Part shown: one piece after another, positions 27,312-40,599 of the stretch
Numbering within the stretch: position 1 is the stretch's first letter
How the letters are laid out: each line of letters starts with the position of its first letter
Origin: Octopus vulgaris
Taxonomy: Eukaryota
Length of the DNA: 64,000 nt
Direction of reading: 5' to 3'
Assembly: GCA_951406725.2 (NCBI GenBank)
Contig: OX597833.1
Location: 68,386,001-68,450,000, forward strand
Program-made: the position numbers and the translations under genes
The notes under the pieces: model-generated
Told to the model about the DNA's origin: nothing
Database searches by the model: none
Seen by the model: the letters and a program-made list of their open reading frames with translations, nothing else

Positions 27312-27503
27312 CATACATATATACATACACTTACACATGTGTATGCCATTTATTTGTATTATAATACAAATATACATCTACATGAATACAAGCATACGCG
27401 ATATATGTATATATGTGCGCGTTGGCATATATGCATAGCTTTAATTCGTTGATGGGCGGACATTTCACAATCAGTATATCTATCTATCTATCTATCTATA
27501 TCT

Positions 27504-27555
<52 letters not shown>

Positions 27556-28110
27556 GTCTATCACTTATAGGTTTCTACAGCGCGGTATCAATAATGAGTC
27601 CTCATCCGCAAATGAAGAAATATTCCAAATATATTTATGATAAAAGAACATCGTTACAAGAAAATAACTTCTCACTGTAAAATCTATATAAATGAGTCAT
27701 TTGACGGGATTTCTCTTCTTCAGAATACTTTGACACGCCTGTTCTCCATTAATATATACCTCTGCAATGTTTTTTTTTCTTCCCTCCAATTTAACATTAC
27801 GATATAATACCATAATTTATATGAGCTACAGCAACGATAATGAGAGTTTTCTAGGGTTTTCTTCTAAAGTATTATGGATTTTATAGGATTTATCGACACA
27901 CGCGCATTTCGACGAATACGCTATCCACATCCATACAAACGATTTATGCAGAAACATATATACACGTTCTCACATTCTAATGTCACGTAGTACAAGTGTA
28001 GAAAATTTTATCTATTCAGAGATATATTCATACAAGAATACATTGTACAGGTATCGTACACTCGCACGCACAGAAGTGCATATATATATATATATATATA
28101 TATATTTGTG

Positions 28111-28141
<31 letters not shown>

Positions 28142-28578
28142 ATAAACGGAAATGTCAAGCACCCACAAACCATGTTATTATATATGTGTGGGTGAATGTT
28201 CGCTTGTTGAGAGACAAAATAATTAATCTAAGAACCATTACGATAAATATGAAAGAATTTAAAAGGGAAACTTCTACGACTAATTAGAAGACCATAAAAG
28301 CGACAGGAAAAATGAACTTCTTTTCCAATTTGTATTGTTTCTTTTAGATTCAAACGAACACTCCACTTTTTTCTGTGAATGAGTGTTTTGATGAAATCCG
28401 GTTCACTTAACATTATCTATCTATCTATCTGTCTTCTTCACTTAAGCGTTACCACATTAATAACTTGGTGTACAACTCAACATATACTTCCTTCAGAACG
28501 TAGTATTCGGCCAGTACAGAACACTACTAAAGGAAATGTGATGACAAACGAATAAATGGTTATTTTATGAACGTCATT

Positions 28579-28648
28579 AGCTTACATCTGTTTCTGCTTT
28601 ATGCTACAGTGGAGTATCTGAATAACACTATGCAGCATCATCAGAGCT
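28579..28648 (-). ncRNA. Minimal type-I hammerhead ribozyme motif (Penelope-like)
   Basis: Minus strand: AGCT-CTGATGA-TGCT[extended hairpin]AGCA-GAAA-CAGATG-TA-AGCT. Intact CUGANGA/GAAA core, 4-bp stem I, near-palindromic loopless stem III and a GUA cleavage triplet. Confidence 0.65.
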
Positions 28649-28769
28649 GTGAATAATGAACTGCAATTTACTTGGGAAAGATTTATAATTCGCTCCTACA
28701 TAAATTTAGATATAATTCACATAGAATTTAAATATAATTCTCTCCAAATAAACTGCACATCGTATTCGA

Positions 28770-28850
28770 TACTCTGATGAAGCTGTAAGGTATACGTTAG
28801 GCACTCAAGTATGTGTGCATTGTAATTCATAGCAGAAACGGACATAAGCT
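28770..28850 (+). ncRNA. Second, degenerate hammerhead motif, inverted relative to 28579-28648
   Basis: TACT-CTGATGA-a-GCTGT...ATAGC-a-GAAA-CGGACA-TA-AGCT; its downstream flank is homologous to that of the first motif. Confidence 0.5.
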
Positions 28851-28923
28851 AATGAAGTTCAGAACATAATAGTCTTTCCCTTCGTCTTCACATTTAACTC
28901 ACAAACACACACAAACACACACA

Positions 28924-28973
<50 letters not shown>

Positions 28974-29183
28974 GTATAGCCATTAATCTATGTATGTATG
29001 TTTGGGTGTGTATCTGTATATCAGTACAGCTAAGCATTGTTTTAACTACGCTCAGCAATTATCAAATAATTTCATCACTAACAGATGCAATACACACATG
29101 ATTATAATTACATGCATACACCGTTATATACACGCCCTCAAATCAAACACACGTACACGCACATGTATACACTAACACACATA

Positions 29184-29214
<31 letters not shown>

Positions 29215-29274
29215 TTCTCATATATATATATATGAGAAAGAGAGAGAGAAAGAGAAACAGACAGACAAACAGAC

Positions 29275-29308
<34 letters not shown>

Positions 29309-29762
29309 CCTCACTCCGTCCTGTATTCCAAGAGGCGCTTGACCTGTTGGCATTAAAATAGTTAGCGATGAGAAGATTCCTTGTTGGTATGTTGAATACC
29401 ATTTAGTAATTACTCGAACTTTAAAGCAGTTCTACTGGCTTGCACAAACGCCATTAAATAAATAAATATGAGACTAGCACGAACGCAGATAGTGACCAAC
29501 CCCCTCAAGCGTATACGAATGAAAAAGGACAGATGTAAATATTTAACAAATTTCCATTATGTTTCCAAACCAATTTGTGTGTACACCATTAATATATGAA
29601 ATATATACAGCCACGCACGCAATTACGTATGTATGTATGTATGTATGTATGTATATACATATGTGTGTGATTATTATTGCACAGTCAACGTTACAAGAGT
29701 TAGCCACGTGCCCGGCGTTTCATGTCAAGGTTATTATCAAGGTATATAATATACTATATTCG

Positions 29763-29806
<44 letters not shown>

Positions 29807-29885
29807 TAATAATAATTTGAGAGAATATTATTCCTAACTTACATGGAAAAATTCAATTTAGAAATACTGAATCAAATTTCACAAA

Positions 29886-29944
<59 letters not shown>

Positions 29945-30083
29945 TATAAAAAAACCCACATTATATCAATTCAAAATGAACAATTAAATTACACCATCTA
30001 GAAAATTACATATAACATAAATATTAAATATAAAATAACAATAATATACCGATGATTACGTAATGTGCAAAATGATAAATAAA

Positions 30084-30150
30084 ACGTATATAATTGGTAG
30101 AATAATATATACGCAGTTCGGGAGAATTACTATACGTATATATTTGGTAG

Positions 30151-30188
<38 letters not shown>

Positions 30189-30203
30189 CTACCAAATATA
30201 TAC

Positions 30204-30239
<36 letters not shown>

Positions 30240-30280
30240 TCTACCAAATATATACGTATAGTAATTCTCCCGAACTGCGT
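30084..30280. repeat. Perfect 45-bp inverted repeat, plus partial copies, around (TA)n tracts
   Basis: 30111-30155 is the reverse complement of 30236-30280. Partial copies lie at 30084-30105 and 30184-30208. Confidence 0.9.
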
Positions 30281-31206
30281 GGGTTGGTGCAACGTTTTTG
30301 TTTAAGAAAACAACGGATCGGCCACTCCAGGAATCGATACCACCGTCTTACTGTCTTAAATGCAATACCTTTTCCACTAAGCTCTACTCTCCCACATAAA
30401 AAACAAATGTTGGATTGTCGCAGGTGTAATGACTGTGATATGATGCTATTGAAGCATAGATTGTCAACAACCACAGCGGTATCAACAATTAGAACGACAA
30501 TATCAACCACAGAACTAATAATAATTATTGTGATAGCATTCTGATTATTAGGACGTCAGCATTATTAGACAGAATGACACTGAAGAGTTTCCATTGAAAA
30601 AACAAGTATAAGAAATTTATAAAACGCTATAGATAGAAAAAGATGGTCCAGAAGAATGCGGTAGAGCTGGGTTCGAGAGTATAAAAAATATCAGATCATG
30701 ATTATAATTAAAAGAATAACATTTAAACATGTGAAATTTTTAAAGATATTTTTGCTGTTATTGTTGTAATCAGATGACTGCAGCCATCATGAAAAAATTA
30801 ACAAGCTTTGCCAGCAGAAGATTATAATTCCATTTCATGAGAAAGAACCGAAACGAGAAAAAAGACACGAAAACAAAAGTTTGAACGGAATTTTAAATGA
30901 CAGTGAGGCGTGGTTGAATGCGTCAACGAATGTTTAATAATTAATGGTGAAAAGATGGATTTAATAACTGAATACTTCAAAATATTGCAAGTATTGGCAG
31001 ATCTGTTACTAAGTTAGAAATATGTGTTTGGATTAGTTGATTTGTCCTTTTGCATTCTGAGCTCAAATGTTACCTGCGTCAATTCTGTGACCGATGGAAG
31101 AAACGTGAAAGACAGGTCCGTTTATCGACATCTTTTAATCAGCTGAGTTGTTTCCAAAGTTTTTTTAATGAAATTTAAAGTACCGTTGAGTATCCTGCAT
31201 CTATAA

Positions 31207-31486
31207 TCACCGTGACCGATCAGGCTATCAGATGTTGCTACACATCACTGGTCACAATGCGCTTAGCATTGTCTTAGCCTTCAATTGACGCCCCCCGCTG
31301 GCTAAGCGAGCAGGCAATAGAAGAAACAGTGAGAGATAGTTGTGGCGAAAGAGTACGGCAGGGATTGCTACTAACTCCTGCCGGAGCCTCGTTGAGTTTT
31401 TAGGTGTTTTCGCTCAATAAACACTCAAAACGCCCGGTCTGGGAATCCAAACCGCGATCCTAACCACTGGGCCATTGCGTCTCCAC
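31207..31486 (-). mobile_element. SINE family D
   Basis: Head GTGGAGACGCAATGGCCCAGTGGTTAGG; body and tail shared with 52340-52658. Confidence 0.85.
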
Positions 31487-31788
31487 GTATCTATAATATT
31501 GGTGTTAATTGTGATCTAAGGCCGAAGGATTATGTAAACAGGAACAACTTCCCTAATCGTATGAGAAACATCGTCTCCATGTTTTATAATTTTTGAAAGA
31601 TATTACCCTGACGTTATTTCACAAAACGTTGGTATATTCGCCATTACATATACAAGTTAGCGAAGCAAAACCCGCGAGGTCACATAACAAGCTAGAATTA
31701 CAAAACAAGTAATATTTTCTTCCTTAACAAATACGAAAGATGTGTTTTTGTGTCCATGAGTAAGCTGTACTAGTCTATGATTTTTGTC

Positions 31789-32400
31789 ATGAACAGGAAG
31801 CTGGAACAAAGAGCGAACGAGACATTTTACGTTACATTTGGGAAGTCAGCGACGGAGACATTGAGCATCCTCCGGTAGCCTTTCAGTGACGAGGCAATGG
31901 GTCGTACGTAAAGTGTCGAGTGGCACAGGGAGGGGGCTTCAAAAGCGGACGACAGAGACACGACTCAATTAAGATCTTGCTCATCGTTGTCTTTTGGCTC
32001 CCACGGTATTATCCATCGAGAATTCGTCCAGCAGGATCAGACCAAGAATCGAGAATTCTGCGAAGCTTTGAAGCGTTTGAGGGAGGAATATCGGCGAAGC
32101 GACGCATCTGTGGAGCAAGAGAAATTGAATTCTTCATGATGACACTGCACACTGTCACCATGCTCTCCTCACTTGTGAGTTTCTAGCCAAAGACAACATG
32201 GTGTCCTTTCCTCATCCATTTACTGAAGACGAAAATGCAGCTCAAAGTTGCCATTTTAACACCATTGTCGAGATCCAGAGCCAATCGCAAGCGGTCCTGG
32301 ACTCACTTACGGAAAACGATTTTCTGAGCTGATTCTAAATGTAGCAGCAAAGCTGGGATTGGTGTATTGTGGCGCAAGGGGACTATTTCGAAGGAAATGA
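31789..32400 (+). pseudogene. Decayed, internally deleted mariner transposase
   Basis: MNRKLEQRANETFYVTFGKSATETLSILR*PFSDEAMGRT (HTH), FKSGR, HGIIHREFV, KRLRE, ILHDDTAH (HDNA-like) and C-terminal WDWCIVAQGDYFEG. Confidence 0.85.
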
Positions 32401-32518
32401 TAAAAATGATAAAAATTGTGAAAATATGTTGCGAAAAAACTTGCGTAAATATTATTTATTTGTCATTACACATAATTATTCCGCGAATATGGTAATACCA
32501 CCTCGTATATATACATAC

Positions 32519-32573
<55 letters not shown>

Positions 32574-33362
32574 GTGGATTAATATACGTAAAACCATAAA
32601 GTTATATTACTAAACACGCAGGTTTTCCGGAAGCACAGAACAACCGCTTTAAAATTTAAAAGAATATATAACAAAATACATGAACAAATAAAACAAAAAT
32701 AAACTAAGAATTACCGAAATTACAAGGTAAAAAAAACATCTGTTAGGTGTGTGTGTGTGTGATAGTGTTTTTATTTTTTATTTTACTCCTTTTGGCGGTG
32801 GGGAACGACTGTTCCGGATTCTTCGGAAGACGCATTAAAATAAATTTACAAAGAATGAATGAACAGAAATCCCAAGAATTTCTTTTGATTTAAAACACAT
32901 CTAATACACACACACACACAGTGCGGATATCTGTGAAAGAAATTATGGAAATTTCAAAGATTTGTAAAGAAAACAGTGACTGCTGCGGAAATTAGACATT
33001 GATTGTTTCGGAAATTAGGAGAACATTGAGAATAATGAACAGAGAAAATAATACAAGTATAATGAGAATATTTGCTTTTAATTATGTAAGAATACATGCC
33101 TTGTGGGGATTGAAATTAAGCTGATATCCTGCATGTTAATATTAACGGGGAAACGTGATGTATGCGATAGAAAAGTTGTAGGTCCTTGTAGGATAATAAC
33201 TTCTTGTCACATACCACAATAAAGAAATGTGCGTGCGTATGTGTATATTATACATACACACACATTGAATACAGTGTATACCAAAGTGTATGTGTGTGTG
33301 TGTGTATTTGTATATGGGAGGGGATCGTATGCATGTTTGCATTTTATTATTTCTGTTGTCTT

Positions 33363-33745
33363 ATGGCCGAATCGTTAGTACGCCGGGCGAAATGGTTAGC
33401 GGTACTTCGTTTGTCTGAACGTTCTGAGTTCAAATTCCGCCGTGGTCGACTTTGCCTTTCATCCTTTCGGGGTCGATTAAATAAGTAACAGTTACGCACT
33501 GGGTCGATATGATCGACTTAATCCGTTTGTCTGTCCTTGTTTGCCCCTTCTGTGTTTAGCCCCTCGTAGGTAGTAAAGAAATTGGTATTTCGTCTGCCGC
33601 TACCTTCTGAGTTCAAATTCCGCCGAGGTCGACTTTGCCTTTCATCCGTTTGCGGTCGAGGAAATAAGTACAAGTTACGAAGGGGATTACTGTAATTGAC
33701 TTAATCCCCTCCACTAAGCTGCCCTTGTGGCAAAATTTGAAATCA
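33363..33745 (+). mobile_element. SINE family C dimer
   Basis: The first unit ends AGTAAAGAAATT. The second restarts at 33584 with GGTATTTCGTCTGCC and ends with the alternative tail CCTTGTGGCAAAATTTGAAA. Confidence 0.85.
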
Positions 33746-34098
33746 TTATTTCTGTTTCCTTTTTAATATTATTAAGGCGGCCAATGAAAAAAAACCCGTT
33801 AGATAGCTGCTGAAAATCTGTAGTTCAAATTCCGCAGATGGCAACTTAGCCTTTCATTATCCGGAGATGATGAAATAGCTATCAACTGGGGAAGTGCAAA
33901 GTCGTTAGTGCGTCGGACAAAACTGTTTGAATCATTTTCTCCGTCTTAATATTCGGTGTTCAAATTTCACCGACGTTTACTGTCTTGCATCCTATCGGGT
34001 TCGATAAAGAAGTAATTTTTGACTACTGGAATTCGTATAAGCAACATGATCAGCCCCCCAAAAATGCTGGCCTTGTACCAAAATTGAATATTATCATA

Positions 34099-34145
<47 letters not shown>

Positions 34146-34164
34146 CGTTGTTGTTGTTGTTGTT

Positions 34165-34530
34165 GAGTGAGAGTGTAGCGCATGCCAAGAAAGTGACACT
34201 AGGGTAAAAGATAAGAAACCCAGTATACCATAATGACTACCTGTCTGATAAGGGTACACGAGGCACATGCATGACAACCATAAGTGCGTGACATGGTGAT
34301 CTAGTATCAAGAAAAACCGTGTATGACATTGCAGGTCAGGCCCATTAAGGATTTCCTTCAGGTCGAGTAGCCCTGCCCGATCAAAAGGATCCTGAATAAG
34401 GGTCGTTTAAGAGTATTGAACGAAACACTCCTGTTTCCAAAGATGAATTATCCAAACCCCAAAGGATTCCTCTCAACACATGACTCAACACATGATGCTG
34501 CCCCCGCCATTACTTCTGCTCGGGATCAGA
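34165..34530 (-). mobile_element. Unclassified interspersed repeat anchored in (TAA)/(CAA) tracts; probable retroposon 3' region
   Basis: Colinear with 53992-54510 and with a fragment at 50041-50078. All three share the terminus GAGTGAGAG.G.AG.GCATGCC..AAAGTGACA next to trinucleotide tracts. The strand is inferred. Confidence 0.7.
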
Positions 34531-34628
34531 AATAGTGGGGGAGCATCATATTATTATTATTACTAGCGAAGTTAAGATACTAAGACTGATACAATCATAA
34601 AAACAACGGGGAAAAATTATAGGGGGCA

Positions 34629-34681
<53 letters not shown>

Positions 34682-34702
34682 CACACACATATATATATAT
34701 AC

Positions 34703-34747
<45 letters not shown>

Positions 34748-35539
34748 CACATATATATATAATACGATATATATTTAAATATGCTTCACGTGTTTTATGG
34801 ATGCCGAACATATTTATGTGCGAAGCAGGTAGTAAATAACATTACACTGTTTCTGTTTTCAAGTATAAATTATGCAGTATCGAACTATTTCGTTTAGTTT
34901 GTGATAAAATTTTAACGTACGTTGTCTTGAAGTAGGAAATCGATGTATAAACTGCATATCATTAATGTTTGATGTAACCCATTAAGAACAAGACCGTTTG
35001 TCACATCATAAGGACACACACACACACACACATACATATGTATGTGTATATATATACATACATATATGTGTATATATATGCATATACATATATATGTGTA
35101 TATATATATACATATATAGACATATCCATATATATACATATATATACATATATAAACACATGCATATATATACACATGTATAAATACATATATATACATA
35201 TATATAAGCAAATACACACACACACACACACATATATATATATCGATATATCTCTACACAAATACGTGCTTATATTTGCTCAACTATATACATATATGCA
35301 TGTATATATACATATATATATATCTGTGTGTATGCATGTATACATTAATGTGTCGTTATATATATGTGTGTGTGTGTGTTTGCGTGTGTGTGTGTATGTG
35401 TGCGCGCGTATTCTGAGCAGGAGGGGAAGATCATATGGAAGTACAAGTAAGAGTAAACAAATTTAATTGACGGCGATTTAGTAAATTAACAATACATTGG
35501 TTCGCAGTCAAAGAGATGAGCGGAGTAAATAAGCGAACC

Positions 35540-35546
35540 ATGTATG

Positions 35547-35586
<40 letters not shown>

Positions 35587-35619
35587 TACACACACATATA
35601 TATATATATATATATGCAT

Positions 35620-35704
<85 letters not shown>

Positions 35705-35705
35705 T

Positions 35706-35756
<51 letters not shown>

Positions 35757-35775
35757 TATATATATATATATGCAT

Positions 35776-35828
<53 letters not shown>

Positions 35829-35830
35829 GA
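35540..35830. repeat. Compound minisatellite TATGCATA(CA)n(TA)n
   Basis: Read directly from the sequence. Confidence 0.9.
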
Positions 35831-36629
35831 TATATCATCATTGTATGTGCATGTATATTTGAGTATATGTATTTATCATGGAATCAATTTAAACAATATT
35901 CCGCTGAAGAAGAGGATGATCAAAGGGGCTTTGATTACAGTGAAGTAAAGTTCTTTTAAGTACACAATGGTATTCACGATACCATACTGTTTAATTATAC
36001 TTACGGTAAGATCTAAGGTTTCACATTAAATGTCAGCTAATTACTTAGTATAGGTTGAAAGTCGTTAATATTTTCTAAAGCTAAAGTGAATACACGATTT
36101 TATTTATTCAAAGTTAACTCTGCAAGGTCGCCGTACCATGTTGTTATGGTCAGTTTTGGCTCCGTCTATTCTTGGCGTTGCGTATAATAAATAGCATATG
36201 ATAATATCGAAATGATTCGATAATGTAAATGCGACGATGTACTAGAATGTTAGATTGGAAAAATTCATAAGATTTTGTCGCAGACTGGAAGAAAAATCCG
36301 TTCTGTAATCTAAGTACGTTTGCAAATTGAAGCTTCGATTTTCGATATGATCGACTTTTAATTGATATACAAGTATTAAAGATTTATGTGAGGTGTATAA
36401 TCAACGTATTGACAAATTGATATTGGTATCTTACTTTTTGTATAAGGACTGTATACTTAATTTTAAAGGGGGAACTGAAGGATCACCACTCGCATGAAAC
36501 CCCTCATAATATATTGGTTTCAAATTTTGACGCACCGGCATCACTGTCGAGGTTGGGCTTCAGTCGATTACATAGACCCAATGTTCAACTGGTACTTATT
36601 TTACTCTTCCCTACTCTTTTTTACTCTTT

Positions 36630-36906
36630 CATTTCTTTTAGTCATTTTACTGCGGCTATGCTGGAGCACCGCCTTTAGTCGAGTAAACTCGACACCAGGT
36701 CTTATTCTTTGTAAGACTAGTACTTATTCTATCGGTTTCTTTTGCCGAACCGTTAAGTTACGGGGACGTAAACACACCAGCATCGGTTGCCAGGCAATGT
36801 TGTATGTGTGTGTGTGTGTGGGGGGGGGCAAACACAGACACACAAACATATACGCACACATACATATACATATATACAACGGGCTTCTTCCAGTTCCCGT
36901 CTACTA
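36630..36906 (-). mobile_element. SINE family A, 5'-truncated, nested in a family C copy (about 36515-36955)
   Basis: Family A tail and body are present, with family C-like fragments on both sides. Confidence 0.75.
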
Positions 36907-37605
36907 GCCTCACTCCCCAAAAATTTTGAGCCTTTTGTCTAGTGTAGAAAAGGATATTTTAAATCTATATGAAGGCGTACAGTTTTGTGCTTGCAATGTG
37001 AACCTCACAAATGTCAGGCCTGGTGGTTTGAGTCTTTAATGTGGCGGTGTATTCATGTCTTTAATGAGCCATTCTCTTTCGTGTCAATTGCGATCCCTGT
37101 CTAAATTGAAACATGACTGACCCCTACCTTACTCTTGTAGATATTCCCACCAACCGCTCTCACATTCAATGAGATACACTTGAGGAATTCTGGGTGTATG
37201 CCAGGTAGTCACTAAATGCAAAGCAATTAGCGAAGCGTGGTGTAATGTTTCTAAATGATGGTCGCTAGCGTAACACAACTGCAGAATGAATTCTCTCATC
37301 GCGTATCAAAGAGAATAACTGATGTAGTTTGGTGTTATGAGCATCCCTGACCAGAGCTTATCCATCAAAAATATTAGGATACTGATAATAAGACCATCAC
37401 AAAGAGGAGAATCATTGTATATTAGGCGTAAATATATAAATTTTCGTCTTTCATCGATGAATTTTATCTGATCAGTCCATTGCAAAAACCCTCCTCTGAA
37501 TTAATATTTATGTGGTTGGGTATTCCGCAACAGTATATTCACAGCTTCTGTTGTATAATGTACTAGTAAAAATAGTTTTTGTTGTATAGACTGTGTGCTA
37601 GTAAA

Positions 37606-37910
37606 AGTGCGTGGCTTAGTGGTTATTACAACAGGCTCACGACAGTAAATTCGTGAGTTTGATAACTGGGGGCGCGGTGTGCTCTTGAAGAAGACTTTTT
37701 TTATTTCACGTTGCCCCATTCACTCAGCTGGCAAAGAGGAGCAGTGCCTGTGTTCTATATGGCTAGTCTTGTCACGTTATGTGTCACGCTGAATCTCCCT
37801 GGGGTACAAGTTTCTGTGGAATGTTAAAGCACTTGAATTTTAATTTCACGAAAAGGCTGTTCTGTCGATCGCATCAACTGGAAAACTCGTCATCATAACC
37901 AACAGAGGGC
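37606..37910 (+). mobile_element. SINE family B
   Basis: GCGTGGCTTAGTGGTTA...TTTATTTCACGTTGCCCCATTCACTCAGCTGGC...TGTCACGCTGAATCTCCC. Confidence 0.8.
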
Positions 37911-38769
37911 CTGTTAGAATATAATTCCCAGGTAAGCTGAGCCTCACACATTTTGGGCCAAGGAAGATATATGTATTCATTTATTTTTTAAATATTTGTA
38001 CCAAATCTCCGGATGTCTTCACTAAGTTTTCCTAGTAGCCAAAATCTCTTACAGTATAAACGGCAGTTGAAGCTATAGAAACTTAAACACGATCATGTTG
38101 CCGGACAGCGGGATTGAACCGAGAGCTTCCTGGTTGTTAAGCGAACTCATTAATCATTCGTCCACACTGTACTAAGGAAGTAAACAACTCGGACGTACAG
38201 GAATATAATTTCATGATGTTACTAACGCCATTACGGAAAGAAAAACAAACAGAAAAAAAAAAAAACCATGTAGTGCAAAGATATTTACTGTTAAGAATGA
38301 TAGAAGGCCTTATCAATTAGCGCTTTGATGTTCGATGAAATAATTGCTTAACAATATGAATTTTAAAAAAAAATTATTCTCTATGTATGTATGTACGCAC
38401 ATGCGGATAAATGTAGAAATAAAACTTATTTCATTCGCTCTCACTATAATTTATTTCAATTAATATCTAATACAGAATACACACGCGCATGTACAGGTAC
38501 GTAGACACACGCAATTAACTATTGACATACATATATATCCATACACACACACACACACACGCACATATATATGTGTATGTATATGTCCACACATAATTGA
38601 GGAGTGTGATTTAAGGTGCATATCGTATAAGAAGTACTTAGAACCCATTATTCTTCGTTATTTACCGAGAGAGAAAACTCCGCAAAGAACATTATGAATA
38701 TCAAGTTTTATTCACTAGTCACCAACATAACAAACATTTCAGTAGAGAATTTCTCTCTCTTTCTCTCTG

Positions 38770-38945
<176 letters not shown>

Positions 38946-39311
38946 TCTGTCTGCCTCTCTTTCCCTGTCTCTCTCTATCTAGCTATCTATTTATCCATCA
39001 ATTCTATCTATCTCTCTATCTATCTGATTGTATGTTTGTCTACCTGCCTATCTGCTAATCTGTTTCTTCCTCTCTCTCTCGCTCTGTCTGTCTATCTCTC
39101 TCCCTCTTTCTCTCTCTCTGTATATATATATATAGTGCGTGTGTGTGTGTGTGTGCGTGTTTGTGTGTGTGTGCGTAAGTATATACGTGCGCTACATAAT
39201 GTCGACCGAATGCGTGAACAGTGCTCAATAGACGCGCTACAGGGTATAATTTTATTCGTATTAAAACAGCTGTGCCTCGCGACGCAAATTTCAATTTCAT
39301 TAAAGCAACCC

Positions 39312-39342
<31 letters not shown>

Positions 39343-40225
39343 CGAGAGAGAGAGGGAGGGTGTGGGGAAGAGTGAGAGCTGTTATTTCGTTAGAAATTAC
39401 ATTATAAATTCGGTGATAATATTCCATATCTTTACAAACAAAATGTGACAAAAATATAATAAAAAGAAGAGAAATGGAATCTCGATAGCAGTAATAATGA
39501 TGCTAATAGCAGAGGGACTATTGAAGAGAAAATCTTCAGGAATCTCAAGAGGTTGAATTACTAAGAGCCAAAGATGTTTCATTCGAAGACATTTTCTTTA
39601 GAAGTCTAGTGCTTATTCTAGCATATTTCTCTCTGCAATATTGAGAAATCTGATTTTACAAAACACTACACGGTGAAAGCATTTGGAGTGGAAATAATGA
39701 TGACATCGTCTACAACACAATTTTCGATAAACCGGAATGATGACAAGGAAATGAATATTAATATGCGTTTACTTCGATTATATTATTCTGTTAGGAAAAT
39801 AATCAGGTTTCTTGCCTAGTAAAAACATACAAGGTTATTCTCGTATTTAAACAGTCGCGGAAACAAGTCCACAGTCGCGGAAAAAAGCACACTTTATACG
39901 CAAACATAAACACGTACATGTCTGCGCATTCGTCCAAATATATATCTTATATTTTTGTTTGTTTTTTACTTGATTCAGTCTCTTTTGACTGTCACCATGA
40001 TAGGGCAGAGCGTGGACGTGTTTTAGTCGAACAAATTGACCCTAGGACCTACTTATCGCAGCCTGGTCCCTTTTGCCGAAGGAGTACGAAAATACACAAA
40101 CACGGGTTATCAAGCGGAGTTGGGGGTCAAACGCCGACAAAGACACACACATATAGACATATGCATATATATCTTCTTTATAGAAGCCCGTCGTATATAT
40201 AATACACACACACACACACATATAT

Positions 40226-40583
40226 ATTTACGGAGAAGTACTTGCATAGCAAGAGACTTGATCTGAGATCGTGTGCTGGAAGGAAAACAACTGCAGCGTG
40301 GAAGGGGTTTATAAGCCATTTAAGAAACACACAAAATCCATTAGATTCCCTTCAGCATATAAATTTAAATTATCAAAATATTTTCGTCGCTTTGAGACCG
40401 CGACCTGTCCACTGACAAAATTTCAAACTGCAGCACAGAATTAAATTTAAATGTTAAAGTGAATATAACGGTTTTTGTGTGTTTCTTAAATGGCTTATAA
40501 ACACCTTCCGCGCTGCAATTGTTTTCGTTCCAGCACACGATCTCAGAATAGGACACTTACTATGCAAGTACATCTCCGTAAAT
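40226..40583. mobile_element. Fold-back element with inverted arms of about 145 bp in a TA context; probably Penelope-like inverted pseudo-LTR, alternatively a MITE
   Basis: 40226-~40371 is the diverged reverse complement of ~40439-40583 (ATTTACGGAGA.GTACTTGCATAG...). The centre carries a hammerhead-shaped motif. Confidence 0.85.
40370..40418 (-). ncRNA. Hammerhead-like motif with variant core (G3/C8 swap)
   Basis: Minus strand: TTGTCA-GTGGACA-g-GTCGC ggtctcaaa GCGAC-GAA-AATATT-T-TGATAA. 6-bp stem I, 5-bp stem II and palindromic stem III AATATT. Confidence 0.5.
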
Positions 40584-40599
40584 ATATATATATAAATAT

